In this document: positions 51,971-61,865 of the stretch, piece by piece
How positions within the stretch are numbered: the first letter of the stretch is position 1
How the letters are laid out: each line of letters starts with the position of its first letter
Assembly: GCA_036479435.1 (NCBI GenBank)
Contig: JAZGFI010000103.1
Coordinates: 160,673 to 224,672, forward strand
Length of the DNA stretch: 64,000 nucleotides
Reading direction: 5' to 3'
Origin: Planctomycetota bacterium
GTDB taxonomy: Bacteria; Planctomycetota; GCA-002687715; DRQF01
Notes under the pieces: generated by a model
Database searches by the model: none
Seen by the model: only the letters and a program-made list of their open reading frames with translations
What the model was told of the DNA's origin: nothing
Program-made: the position numbers and the translations under genes

Positions 51971-52300
51971 ATGAGCATGGAACAAATCGCCGATCGCCTT
52001 GCCGCTTTGGGCAACGCCACTCGCATCGAGATCTACCGACTCTTGGTCCGCGCGGGTCACACGGGCCTTCCCGTGGCGGGGCTTCAAACGCAGCTGGGCA
52101 TTCCGGCGTCGACGCTCTCCCACCATCTGCGCAAGTTGCTCGAAGTGGACTTGGTGACCCAAGTACGTTCGGGCACCACCTTGATGTGCCACGCCGACTT
52201 TTCGGTGATGGAAGCCTGCTTCAGTCTATTCATTGACGAGTGCTGCGCCGACGAGACCAAAACACAAGCCTGCGGCGCCGACAAAGCCCCTCGCTGTTAA
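51971..52300 (+). CDS. arsR: ArsR/SmtB-family regulator
   Basis: ALGNATRIEIYRLLV, STLSHHL, C-terminal ECC; directly upstream of arsM. Confidence 0.85.
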   Translation: MSMEQIADRLAALGNATRIEIYRLLVRAGHTGLPVAGLQTQLGIPASTLSHHLRKLLEVDLVTQVRSGTTLMCHADFSVMEACFSLFIDECCADETKTQACGADKAPRC

Positions 52301-52316
52301 CCAAAGGGATTAGAAC

Positions 52317-53186
52317 ATGTCACAAAGAACCCAAGACGCCGTCCGCAAAGAGTATGGCAACATCGCCCAATCCGGGCTGAATTCCGATCAGCAGGGAACC
52401 AAGAGTATCGCCAAGGCTTTCGGCTACAGCGACGAAGAGCTCTCGAGTATTCCCGCCGCCGCCAACATGGGTCTTTCATGTGGTAATCCGGTCGCCATGG
52501 CCTCCATCCGCGCAGGAGAAACGGTCGTGGACCTCGGCGCGGGCGGCGGTTTGGACGTCTTTTTGGCTTCCAAACAAGTTGGCCCAAAGGGTCGCGCCAT
52601 CGGCGTTGATATGACCGGCGACATGGTGTCCTTGGCCCGCAAGAATGCCGAGAGCGGCGGCTACGACAACGTGAAGTTTTACCTCGCCGAGATTGAGGCC
52701 ATGCCCATTCCCGACAACTCCGTTGACTGCGTGATCTCGAACTGCGTGCTCAATCTTTGCAGCGACAAAGATGCGGCGCTCAAAGAGATCTTCCGCATTC
52801 TGAAACCAAAGGGTCGCCTCGCCATTTCAGACATCGCGCTGAAACAGGCCATCCCCGAAGCCATCGCCACCGAAGTTGCGGCTTGGACGGGTTGCATCGC
52901 AGGGGCTTTGACGATCGATGACAACCGTGCAAAGCTTAGTCGAGCCGGTTTCGGCGAGGTCGAAATCCAAGACGCAGGCAGTGATCTCAATGCCTACCGC
53001 GACGGTGGCCACGCAGCTTGTTGCGGTCCTGACACCACCGAGACCAAAAGTAGCTCCTGCTGTGAAACGACACCTACGACCGACGAAGCCAGCTTCCACC
53101 AAACCATGGGCGAACTCTTGGACAGTTTTGACGTTAACGCCTACGCGGCGAGTGTGAAGATCTTCGCCATCAAGCCTTCGGCCTGA
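52317..53186 (+). CDS. arsM: Arsenite S-adenosylmethionine methyltransferase
   Basis: GLSCGNP, VDLGAGGG, ISNCVLNL, WTGCIAGA, C-terminal CC pairs. Confidence 0.9.
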   Translation: MSQRTQDAVRKEYGNIAQSGLNSDQQGTKSIAKAFGYSDEELSSIPAAANMGLSCGNPVAMASIRAGETVVDLGAGGGLDVFLASKQVGPKGRAIGVDMTGDMVSLARKNAESGGYDNVKFYLAEIEAMPIPDNSVDCVISNCVLNLCSDKDAALKEIFRILKPKGRLAISDIALKQAIPEAIATEVAAWTGCIAGALTIDDNRAKLSRAGFGEVEIQDAGSDLNAYRDGGHAACCGPDTTETKSSSCCETTPTTDEASFHQTMGELLDSFDVNAYAASVKIFAIKPSA

Positions 53187-53283
53187 ATTCCGAAAAAGGC
53201 CAGCCCAAGTCTCGCACTCTGGTACGCTGTCGCGCAAGATCCAAGCTTCAAACCAAAGAGCGCCCGACTTTAGGAGGCTTTAC

Positions 53284-54876
53284 ATGCGGAACTTAAGCTA
53301 CTTGATGATGTGCCTGTTTGCTTTTTCCACGACGGGCACTGCCCAGCAGTTGCCCGAGGTCTTTCGGCATGTCCTGACGGCCACCGCAGGCATCGTCGAC
53401 GGCTCGGAAATCGGAGACATCGACGGCGATGGTCGCGACGACGTTGCGTTCTTCCATAGGAATTTCTTTGCGTCTTCGCTGCCGCCCTTTGTTCGGCACT
53501 CGAGCACCGGTGCGACCTTTGATGTTCAGCGCTTTTTCGGGGCACCATTGCCTGCCGGTCTCTACAACGCCACTCGGTTTTACCGCCTCGCTGATCTCGA
53601 CGGTGACGGAGCGGATGACTTTGCCGCCTATTTCGTCGCATCCTCACTTTTCAACTCAGCCGGTGCCCTGCAGATTAGGTCCGGGTTGACTAATGCCGTC
53701 TTGGCGGATTACGACCTTCCTTTCGGCGCCGAATTCACGGTTACGCCAGACCGCAACGGCGACGGCATACCAGAATTGCTCTTGGCGCACTCAGACGGGA
53801 ATTTACCGAACCCCTTCACGCGCGTCGAGCTGGTCGACGGAGCGACTCTCACTCGCTCCGTTCTCTACAATGATCCGCAGCCATTGCCCTTGTCAGCACT
53901 CGTCACCGTTGCTGACGTCGACAACGATGGCATCGAAGATTTCGTGCTGGGTTCCGGGTTCTTCTTCTTCCCCGGTGGCCCCGGAGGCACAGAGGGTATC
54001 GTCAGGGTTGTTTCCGGCGCCGCGGGCACGGTCCTTTCCAGTTGGATCGGAAGCGCCTTAGAGTCATTTGGGGCCGACATCGAAAAACTCAGCGATATTG
54101 ACGGCGATGGCGTCAACGAAGTATTGGTCTTTTCGTTGGGCTTCGTCCCCGGCAGTGGCTTTATCCAGATTGGGCGGGTTCAAGCTTTTTCAACCGCGAC
54201 CGGAACGCAACTCTTTGCCATCGTCCCTTCCGCCAATGGAGACGAAATTATCAGAGGCATCCGGAGTTCTGGCGACGTCAACGGCGACGGATTTCGGGAC
54301 TTTCTCGTGACGATCGAATTAACGGCCGTTGCTGCGACCGGAATCAGAGTTGAGCTGAGGTCGGGAATGGACGGCAGTGTCTTGACCCTCGCTAATCGCG
54401 AGGATGACTTTGTCGGTGATCTGAATGGCGATGGCATCGCCGACTTCGTAGCCGTTGTATCTCCACCAGTTCCGGGCACGATTACGACCGTTGGGAGAAC
54501 TTTCATGGGCGGCGAAAGCTACGGTCCGTCCACTGGCAGCCGCACGCTCGAATGGATTCCGCTGCCGAACCTTGCCTCAGTCGGCCACCTGACTTTCTCG
54601 GGCGCGATGCCGAATGCTCCCCTACTCGGCGCCATCAGTTTGCGACCCGCCAACACCACCATCGGGGGAACGACTTTCCCCTTGCTCATTTCTCCAGCGC
54701 CCGCGGACTTGATCCTGACGGTCAATCTCACTGCAGATGCCGCCGGATCACATGACGACCTGATCAGCTTGCTGCAACCTTCTTTGAGCGGGGTCGTGCT
54801 GTACTTTCAGTTTGCTGAACTAGGCGCAAACCCCGGCACATCCAACGCAGTCGAGCTGTTGTTCAATGGATTTTAG
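53284..54876 (+). CDS. Secreted FG-GAP/VCBS repeat protein
   Basis: Signal peptide; seven DxDGDGxxD-type repeats; AGGAGG RBS. Confidence 0.85.
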   Translation: MRNLSYLMMCLFAFSTTGTAQQLPEVFRHVLTATAGIVDGSEIGDIDGDGRDDVAFFHRNFFASSLPPFVRHSSTGATFDVQRFFGAPLPAGLYNATRFYRLADLDGDGADDFAAYFVASSLFNSAGALQIRSGLTNAVLADYDLPFGAEFTVTPDRNGDGIPELLLAHSDGNLPNPFTRVELVDGATLTRSVLYNDPQPLPLSALVTVADVDNDGIEDFVLGSGFFFFPGGPGGTEGIVRVVSGAAGTVLSSWIGSALESFGADIEKLSDIDGDGVNEVLVFSLGFVPGSGFIQIGRVQAFSTATGTQLFAIVPSANGDEIIRGIRSSGDVNGDGFRDFLVTIELTAVAATGIRVELRSGMDGSVLTLANREDDFVGDLNGDGIADFVAVVSPPVPGTITTVGRTFMGGESYGPSTGSRTLEWIPLPNLASVGHLTFSGAMPNAPLLGAISLRPANTTIGGTTFPLLISPAPADLILTVNLTADAAGSHDDLISLLQPSLSGVVLYFQFAELGANPGTSNAVELLFNGF

Positions 54877-54952
54877 GCCCACTGTGGCTGTCCTTCGGAA
54901 GCGACGGTAGGCGCCGACCTTGATGAGGGTACCGGACGTTATGGTGGGCTCC

Positions 54953-56095
54953 ATGAGTAGCTCTACCATCGCCAAGGTCCGGCCCCTTTTCTCAATCTGC
55001 TTGGTCATCTCGACCATCGCGGTGTGCAGCCAAAGTTGCGCAACGCCCATAAATCCCAGAAATGTCAGCGAACCCCGCACCGCCCTGGATGCAAGCAGCG
55101 CGGTGCGCTTTGCAGATCTCGCTCTCGACTGCCTGCACCGGGAGTATCCCAACAAGCTCACGCACGTCTTGCAATCCGACGCCGACGTCAAAGCCCCTCG
55201 CGAACTCACCCCTGTCTTTTGCGGCTGTTTTGATTGGCATTCCGCCGTCCACGGTCATTGGCTCTTGGTTCGTCTTTGTCGGCTGTATCCCCAGGCTGAT
55301 TTCAGCCAGCGAGCCCGGGCCAAACTCAATCTGAGTTTCACTCCTGAAAAAGTGGCGGGTGAAGTGGCCTACTTTCAGGGCAAGGGACACGGTGCTTTCG
55401 AACGCCCCTACGGCCTCGCGTGGTTGCTACAGCTCACCGCCGAGCTAAGGGAGTGGAACGACCCAGAAGCCAAGCGCTGGCTCTCAGCTCTTGCTCCGCT
55501 TGAGATCATCGTCGCCCAACGATTTCGCGAGTGGCTGCCAAAGCTGTCGCACCCCATTCGGTCGGGCGAGCATTCGCAAACCGCTTTCGCCTTTGGCTTA
55601 GCTCTCGACTGGGCTCGGCTTTCGAACGACCGACATTTAGAAGATCTCCTCATCGAAAACTCGCGCGCCTACTACGCCCAGGACAAGGGCTGGAAACTGG
55701 CCTTCGAGCCCGGCGGCCAGGATTTCTTGTCGCCAGGATTGGCCGAAGCCGACCTTATGCGCCGGATGATGAATCCGCGAGAGTTTGCAGCTTGGCTTCA
55801 AGGTTTCTTGCCTGAGCTGGCCCATCCTGAGACTCAGTCCTTGTCGCCAGCGGAAGTCACCGACAAAAGCGATGGCAAGCTAGCCCACCTCGACGGCCTC
55901 AACATCTCCCGAGCTTGGATGTTGGAAGGCATCGCCGCAAGCCTTCCCAGCGACGACCCCCGGCTTGCCTACATCCGAAGAGCAGCGTTAGAGCATCGAC
56001 AGTCGGGCCTTGCCTCGGTAACCGGCGAACACTACGAAGGTGGCCATTGGCTGGGGAGTTTTGCGGTCTATTTGGTCACCTCGCGCGGGCTGTGA
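54953..56095 (+). CDS. DUF2891-family protein
   Basis: REYPNKL, GCFDWHSAVHGHW, FERPYGLAW, HLDGLNISRAW, YEGGHWLGSFA. Confidence 0.85.
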   Translation: MSSSTIAKVRPLFSICLVISTIAVCSQSCATPINPRNVSEPRTALDASSAVRFADLALDCLHREYPNKLTHVLQSDADVKAPRELTPVFCGCFDWHSAVHGHWLLVRLCRLYPQADFSQRARAKLNLSFTPEKVAGEVAYFQGKGHGAFERPYGLAWLLQLTAELREWNDPEAKRWLSALAPLEIIVAQRFREWLPKLSHPIRSGEHSQTAFAFGLALDWARLSNDRHLEDLLIENSRAYYAQDKGWKLAFEPGGQDFLSPGLAEADLMRRMMNPREFAAWLQGFLPELAHPETQSLSPAEVTDKSDGKLAHLDGLNISRAWMLEGIAASLPSDDPRLAYIRRAALEHRQSGLASVTGEHYEGGHWLGSFAVYLVTSRGL

Positions 56096-56288
56096 ATTGT
56101 TCTTGAATCAGAGCGCAAGGACACCCCTGATGGCGCAGATTCTGGAAGTTTGCACGCAAAGCTTTCGCCGGTATGCACGCCATGATCCCCGCTCACCAGA
56201 CGCAATATAGGTGCCTCAGAATACTCTCTCTTGGATTAGGTGGCGCCTTTTTGCTGCTATCACTCGGGAGTACGCACGGCAAAGGGCG

Positions 56289-56512
56289 GTAAGCATCCGG
56301 TGAGCGGGTGAAATCTAAGACTCGGAGACCAAAGCCTCAGATTTTTTGGCGTTCGCCCACCCCCAAGGCGTCAAAACGCCAAGCTCAGAGACAGGAGTAG
56401 TCTCCAGCCTCAGCAGTACATCTGCCAAGTACGCTTCGGGGTCGATCTCCATCGCCTTACACGAAGCGACAATCGAAAAGATCGTGGCTCCCGCCGCCGC
56501 ACCGACTTCGCT
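56289..56512 (-). mobile_element. IS66-family remnant: transposase C-terminus and right end
   Basis: SIVASCKAMEIDPEAYLADVL...LTPWGW; terminal GTAAGCATCC at 56289; truncated at 56512. Confidence 0.8.
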
Positions 56513-57838
56513 CGTACCGTGCAAAAAGTCCGCCGAACTGCAAACCCTTGAAGCTGAACGACCTCCGACCTACCCTCTCGGCCCATGAAACACACCCTCA
56601 CGCCCCACCTTCTCATCATCTCCGCCCTCGCAGGATAGTTAAACCGCGAGCAGCAATCGGTCCTCGACTTCCTCAAAGAGGAAAATCGAGTTCTAAAAGA
56701 ACAGCTCGGCACCAAGAAACTCCGCTTGACTGATTCCCAACGCCGTCGCCTCGCGGCCAAGGGCTGGGTGGGAGATCGGTCGGCGCCTGCTTGGCGAATA
56801 CGCGACCATCGTAACGCCCGACACGCTTCTACGCTGGCATCGAAAGTTGATCTCCCGGAAATGGGCCAACGCCGCTGGCGGCGGTCGGCCAGGCGTCCTC
56901 AAAAAGATCGAACAGCTCGTCGTCCAAATGGCGAAGGAAAATCCGAGCTGGGGCTACCGACGTATCCAAGGTGCGCTCAGAAACCTTGGCCACGTCGTCG
57001 TGCACAACACCGTCAAGCGAATCCTTGTTGACCATGGCATCGAGCCCGCTCCGGAACGCGGCAAGAAAACCACTTGGTCTCAGTTTCTTCGAAGTCATTG
57101 GTCCACTTTGGCTGCATCCGACTTCTTCTCGACCGAGGTCTGGACTCCAAAGGGCATTGTCACAATCTACGCGCTCTTCATCATCAAGCTCGAAACTCGG
57201 CGCGTTCACATCGTTGGTTCGACGCCTCATCCCGACAACCATTTCATGAAACAAGCCGCTCTTGACCTTGCGGCCTTCGACGACGGCTTCCTTCGTGGCA
57301 CGACTCACATGATCGTCGACCGCGACACAAAGTTCACCGCAGAGTTCGAAGAAGTCCTTAGCGACAACGGAGTCAAGCTCGTCAAGATTCCAGCGCGGTC
57401 GCCAAACTGCAATCCGCACGCTGAGCGATTCGTAAAGAGCATCAAGACAGAGTGCTTGAGCAAGATGATTTTCTTCGGGCGCAAGTCGCTCAGCAAGGCT
57501 CTCAGCGAATTCCTCAGACACTACAACGCCGAGCGTAATCACCAAGGCATTGGCAACGAGCTTATCGATCCGAGTACGATGCACGTCGATGGAGACGTCG
57601 TCCGCGACGAACGACTCGGCGGCCTCTTGTCGTTCTATCGTCGCGCCGCCTGAAGTCGTCGTCACCATCACACCTTTGATTCTCGCACCCGAGGTCCGTC
57701 AAGATCCGGAACCTCCGCGCATTCCTGGAGAAACGCCGGGGTGTGTCGGTGCAATTCGTGACAACTGATCGCCTTGACCCTCCTACAAGATCGCATCGGA
57801 ATGCCAATTTGAGGTCGGCTGACTTCTTGCACGGTACG
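56513..57838 (+). mobile_element. IS with rve/integrase-core transposase (IS481-like), 27-bp imperfect IRs
   Basis: IRL cgtaccgtgcaaaaagtccgccgaact; IRR reverse complement cgtaccgtgcaagaagtcagccgacct (24/27). Confidence 0.85.
56585..57653 (+). pseudogene. Integrase-core (DDE) transposase with nonsense mutation and frameshift
   Basis: MKHT...LAG*LNREQ (TAG at ~56636); frameshift near 56765; [27 protein letters not shown] residues in ASDFF / DRDTKF / HAERF. Confidence 0.85.
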
Positions 57839-57915
57839 GGCCTCAAATAGCGCGATGCTGGGAGCCTCAAGATGCGTGGGTGCTTACACCACGAATACAA
57901 ATCCCAAATTTAGTT

Positions 57916-57944
57916 TTGAGTTCGCCAATTAAGTGGCTTACGAT
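57916..57944 (+). promoter_or_regulatory. Sigma-70-like promoter of the haloperoxidase gene
   Basis: TTGAGT-N17-TACGAT. Confidence 0.5.
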
Positions 57945-58000
57945 ACTCCGATTCAAGGCTTGCGACATTCGCACAATCGACAATTCGTATGGGAGAAAAC

Positions 58001-59761
58001 ATGACTCAGGATCGTGTAGTTCAGGCTCGTCGTATTCGCAACGATGCCGCTCATCTTGCCGAGCACCGAGATCATCCAAAACACCGCGCCAACGGCGACG
58101 AGCAACGCTACGGCTCAGCTCGCTACGCCATGAGTTTCTCAAAGGGTCTAGACCACGATCCCGAAACGGGCCTGGTAAAATCGAAACAGCACTTCGAAGA
58201 ATTCCGCCACGCCATCGATGCCGGACGGATTGCGGCTTTTACAACCAAGGTCCCCGTTCCGCGCAAAGAACCGAGGCGGCAATGGGAAGCGCCGACGGCG
58301 GGAACGTCCTTTGATCTACTGGGGCCGGACGCCCAGGCGGTCACGATGCCTCCAAGCCCAAAACTACAAAGCGATGAATTAGCTTTCGAAATGGCCGAGG
58401 TCTACGAGCTCGCCAAGTTGCGGGACACTCCTCTATTGGCTTTTGACCAAGGCGGTGGTGTAGGATCCGGCGATCTAAATGAAGCCATCACGCGACTCAA
58501 CGGCCTCGAGTACGCAACGCAGGGCTTCAAAGGACGTCCCAGAAAGACGGTAGCCGGTGGAAAGCTCGGGCGGCAAACCGCATTTCGGGGTTCCTCGCCT
58601 GGCGTCGAAGTCGGCCCCTACCTTACCCAGTTCTTGCTGATAGGAAACAAAAACCAAGCCGGCACTACTGAGGTCAAAGACGGCTACATTAACTATGGCG
58701 CCTTGGCCGTCAGCCAGAAAGTCCTGAGCCCTAAACCAGGATTGGATTACATGCAACGCTGGAAAGACTGGTTCCGAGTTCAGCAGGGCTATGACGTCAA
58801 TGACGGTGGCCCTGGTCAAGAGTTTGTCGAAAGGCGTTTCATCTATACGCCCCGTGACTTGGCAACCTACGTCCATTTCGATGCGCTCTACCAGTCCTAC
58901 CTAAATGCTTGCTTGTTGCTGTTGGAAATGAAGGCGCCATTTGACCCGACTTTTGCCAACTTGTCGGGGATGCGAAACTTTTTTGATGGAGCAGAAGAGA
59001 CTTCAGTCAAACCAAATGCCGGAGGCTTTGCGCTTTACGGCGGGCCGCATATTTTGACGCTAGTTACCGAAGTCGCCACCCGAGCTCTCAAGGCCGTTCG
59101 GTTTCAGAAGTTCAACAACCATCTTCGTTTGCGCCCCGAAGCCTTGGCCGCCCGTATTGAGAAAGACAAGGAAATAGACGCCTTGTATCCCTCCACTTGT
59201 GGAGCCTTCATAGAACTGCGCAATGGCATCAAAGAAACGGTGACGGTAATTGAACACCTCAACAAGAGCGCGACCAACGGTGGCGATCCAACCGCTCTCT
59301 TACCGATGGCTTTTGCTGAAGGGTCCCCCATGCATCCTTCCTATGGGGCTGGCCACGCAACCGTGGCAGGCGCTTGCGTAACGATGTTGAAGGCCTTTTT
59401 TGACACCGGGTCGATTTTTGTCAAAGACAAGGACGATAACATCGGTTTCACCACCGATGTCGAAGAAGCTGAGCCGGTTCAATTCGAAGTCGTCGAGAAG
59501 GGAAAAAAATTGGACCTTCGCAAGGCCGAATGCTGCCCCTTGACTCTGGAAGGGGAGCTCAACAAACTCGCTGCAAACATCTCGATAGGCCGAAACATGG
59601 CGGGCGTTCACTTCTTCTCGGACTACTACGATAGCTTGAGAATGGGCGAGCAAATCGCGTTGGGAATCTTGGAAGAGCAGGCGCTGTGCTACCCCACCGA
59701 TGAATTCGTCATGACCGTTCCAACTTTCGACGGCGAAATCATCAGGATCGGAGCCCGTTAA
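58001..59761 (+). CDS. Vanadium-dependent haloperoxidase
   Basis: FSKGL, EMAEVY, GPYLTQFL, PRDLATYVH; vanadate motifs QKFxxHLRLRPE, HPSYGAGH, GRNMAGVH; GGAGA RBS. Confidence 0.92.
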   Translation: MTQDRVVQARRIRNDAAHLAEHRDHPKHRANGDEQRYGSARYAMSFSKGLDHDPETGLVKSKQHFEEFRHAIDAGRIAAFTTKVPVPRKEPRRQWEAPTAGTSFDLLGPDAQAVTMPPSPKLQSDELAFEMAEVYELAKLRDTPLLAFDQGGGVGSGDLNEAITRLNGLEYATQGFKGRPRKTVAGGKLGRQTAFRGSSPGVEVGPYLTQFLLIGNKNQAGTTEVKDGYINYGALAVSQKVLSPKPGLDYMQRWKDWFRVQQGYDVNDGGPGQEFVERRFIYTPRDLATYVHFDALYQSYLNACLLLLEMKAPFDPTFANLSGMRNFFDGAEETSVKPNAGGFALYGGPHILTLVTEVATRALKAVRFQKFNNHLRLRPEALAARIEKDKEIDALYPSTCGAFIELRNGIKETVTVIEHLNKSATNGGDPTALLPMAFAEGSPMHPSYGAGHATVAGACVTMLKAFFDTGSIFVKDKDDNIGFTTDVEEAEPVQFEVVEKGKKLDLRKAECCPLTLEGELNKLAANISIGRNMAGVHFFSDYYDSLRMGEQIALGILEEQALCYPTDEFVMTVPTFDGEIIRIGAR

Positions 59762-59771
59762 CTGAGAGCCG

Positions 59772-59811
59772 TCAAAAAGCGTCGGGGGTTTGCACCTCCG
59801 ACGCTTTTTTG
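59772..59811 (+). terminator. Intrinsic terminator inside the cassette
   Basis: aaaaagcgtcgggggt-ttgc-acctccgacgcttttt. Confidence 0.85.
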
Positions 59812-60282
59812 ATCGAAGCTATCGACAACTTTGGCCCCTCCAAGCGTGAACACTCACGCATTTGACGGCCCTCAGCATCGCGCTATTTGAGGCCTACGCC
59901 GAGTTAGGTGTTGCAACTTCTCTTCTATACTTTCCACTTCGGCCTCTGTTCAGCGTCGTTGAGATCCGTCATAGCGGTTACAACGGCCAGCGGATGATCG
60001 GCGACCACCGAAGAGGAGCTTGAGTTCATATACCAGACGTGGTCAGCATTGTTGATGCGGATCCCGTCGAGTTCAGCGATTCCGCATCTGCTGTTCTCGC
60101 CATCCCTTCAGGCAAGGCCAACGAGCCTCAAAGGTGGTTTAGAGGCGGGGCGTAGGTTTGATGCGGAGAATAGCGCCTTCGAATTGCGAGTCTTGTTGCA
60201 AAAGTCGCCTTGATCGGCAGGGGTGCTATTCCCGCGCCCCGAGGGCGCGGGTTCAGCAGCTTTAACGCGTCCGAGATAGGGG

Positions 60283-61464
60283 TTACGAGCTGTCGATAGC
60301 GACGGTGGCGTCGGCGTCGATGCCAGCTTTGATGAGGTTGGAGATTCTTTTTGCTGTCGTCTTTTGACGGCACTCAGGTTTCAGATTGCGCTGATAGAAG
60401 ATCCGAAAGACGTTCGCCGCGAGAATGGTGAGCAGCAAAAAGTTCTCGAAGGCTTTGTCTTCGTGGCGGTAGACATGGTCTGCATGCCAGTTGGTGACAA
60501 GGTTGTTGAAGCCTTCGTTCTCAATCGTCCAGCGCTTGCGGGCAAGATCGACAAAAGCCGCCACTTCGATATCCTCAGTCGAAAATGAGCTGACCCAAAA
60601 CCAGTTGAGGCCCTCGACTTGTTCCATCTTGCCGTCCAATTGACGTTTGATGGTCTTCGTTTCTAAGCAGGATACGACCCGCACTTTGACGTCATGATCC
60701 CACCAGCTTGAGCAGCCAGATAGGTCGCGGATCTGTTGATATCCGTGCTTGATTGTCCGATGAGCCACCGTCCCCTGCACATCCATCAACAGCTTGGATT
60801 CATGGAGTAGCGTCGGGCAGTTTTCCTTGAGCACGGTGATGACCTGCTTGCCCTTGGCAAGCACGGATTTCCAAAAGCTCTGGCAGCTATAGAGCGCGTC
60901 ACCTAAAACGACATCGTAGGCACGAGAGAAATTTTTGTGGACCCGTTCGTAGAGCACGAGGGCTGCGGTGATCTCCCCGTCGCTTTCCCGTTGGGGCTCG
61001 ATGTCCACCATGAAAGTAAAGTCGCGACCGACAAGGTGAGCGGCGACGTAGCGATGATAATACTGGGTCCGTGGCCCCGACTTGGTTTCCACTTCCCGTT
61101 TCAAACAGCCCTTGCAGCAGCGCAGATAGCTTGTGTGGCTTTCATGGCCGTCAATGACCAAGGCAACTCGATTCTGCGACAAGGGCAAAAAACCCTTGTT
61201 GCGCTTCAGCTTGCGAAACACCGACTGCAAAATGCCTCGTAATTCATCGGCATCTACACCGGACATGACTCTGGCCATCGTGTCGGCACTCGGTGGCTCG
61301 CCGCCAAGCCAGCGGCGAGCTGGGGCGCTTAGTTTGCTTTGCTCAAAAGCATGCAGGCTCCCCAAGCGCGTCTGCAGCATCAAAAATGTGCTGCGGACGA
61401 CGCGACCTATCGGAAAGCTCGGGCCTTTGCGGTGCTCCGTCATGAGATCGAAGTGACCGCTCAA
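60283..61464 (-). CDS. DDE transposase (IS4-superfamily/ISNCY-like)
   Basis: VIDGHE, LGDALY, RWTIENEGFN. Confidence 0.88.
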   Translation of the reverse strand: MSGHFDLMTEHRKGPSFPIGRVVRSTFLMLQTRLGSLHAFEQSKLSAPARRWLGGEPPSADTMARVMSGVDADELRGILQSVFRKLKRNKGFLPLSQNRVALVIDGHESHTSYLRCCKGCLKREVETKSGPRTQYYHRYVAAHLVGRDFTFMVDIEPQRESDGEITAALVLYERVHKNFSRAYDVVLGDALYSCQSFWKSVLAKGKQVITVLKENCPTLLHESKLLMDVQGTVAHRTIKHGYQQIRDLSGCSSWWDHDVKVRVVSCLETKTIKRQLDGKMEQVEGLNWFWVSSFSTEDIEVAAFVDLARKRWTIENEGFNNLVTNWHADHVYRHEDKAFENFLLLTILAANVFRIFYQRNLKPECRQKTTAKRISNLIKAGIDADATVAIDSS

Positions 61465-61520
61465 ATTCCAAAGCTTCTCCAGCGATGAAAGAAGACGAGG
61501 AAGGATGATCCGACCTGGGG

Positions 61521-61865
61521 CTATCGAGCGTTAACTCGGTCCAGGTAAAGCAGCCCAATCTCGTCAAGAAGTTTGCGAAGCTCTTGGTAATTGTCGACCC
61601 AAGCCAGCACTTCTTCACGCATCGCTTTGGGGACATGGAATTGTTGAGATCGGCCATCGACACTGACTTGAATCGCAAGCGATTCATGGCGCTCGTCTTT
61701 GACCCAGCACTTGCAGCCTTTGTTGCCGCATCGGTTGCGGCGAACGAGCGGCGAGCCTCGTAAAAGACCAGACCCAGTGACGAGCTGTTTAATACGCGAG
61801 CGAAGCTCGCGTTCCTGTGCGGACATCGATGCCCGGGGCATATCGCCTCTTGTTCTTGCATTCAT
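61521..61865 (-). CDS. DUF6788-like IS accessory protein
   Basis: LLRGS...RCGNKGCKC...H motif, WVDNYQELRKLL. Confidence 0.75.
   Translation of the reverse strand: MNARTRGDMPRASMSAQERELRSRIKQLVTGSGLLRGSPLVRRNRCGNKGCKCWVKDERHESLAIQVSVDGRSQQFHVPKAMREEVLAWVDNYQELRKLLDEIGLLYLDRVNAR

Larger units (their letters stand above)
57839..59898. mobile_element. Non-autonomous IR-bounded cassette carrying a vanadium haloperoxidase gene
   Basis: 22-bp perfect IR ggcctcaaatagcgcgatgctg (57839-57860 and 59873-59894), extending imperfectly to ~50 bp. Confidence 0.65.

Noticed and set aside
53219..53237. Sigma-54 promoter before the FG-GAP gene
   Set aside because: The GG-to-GC spacing is not 10 nt.
56829..57671. 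280-aa minus-strand ORF and similar long antisense ORFs (e.g. 5613..6326, 10724..11440, 37167..37760)
   Set aside because: Shadow frames of real genes in GC-rich DNA, with no recognisable motifs.
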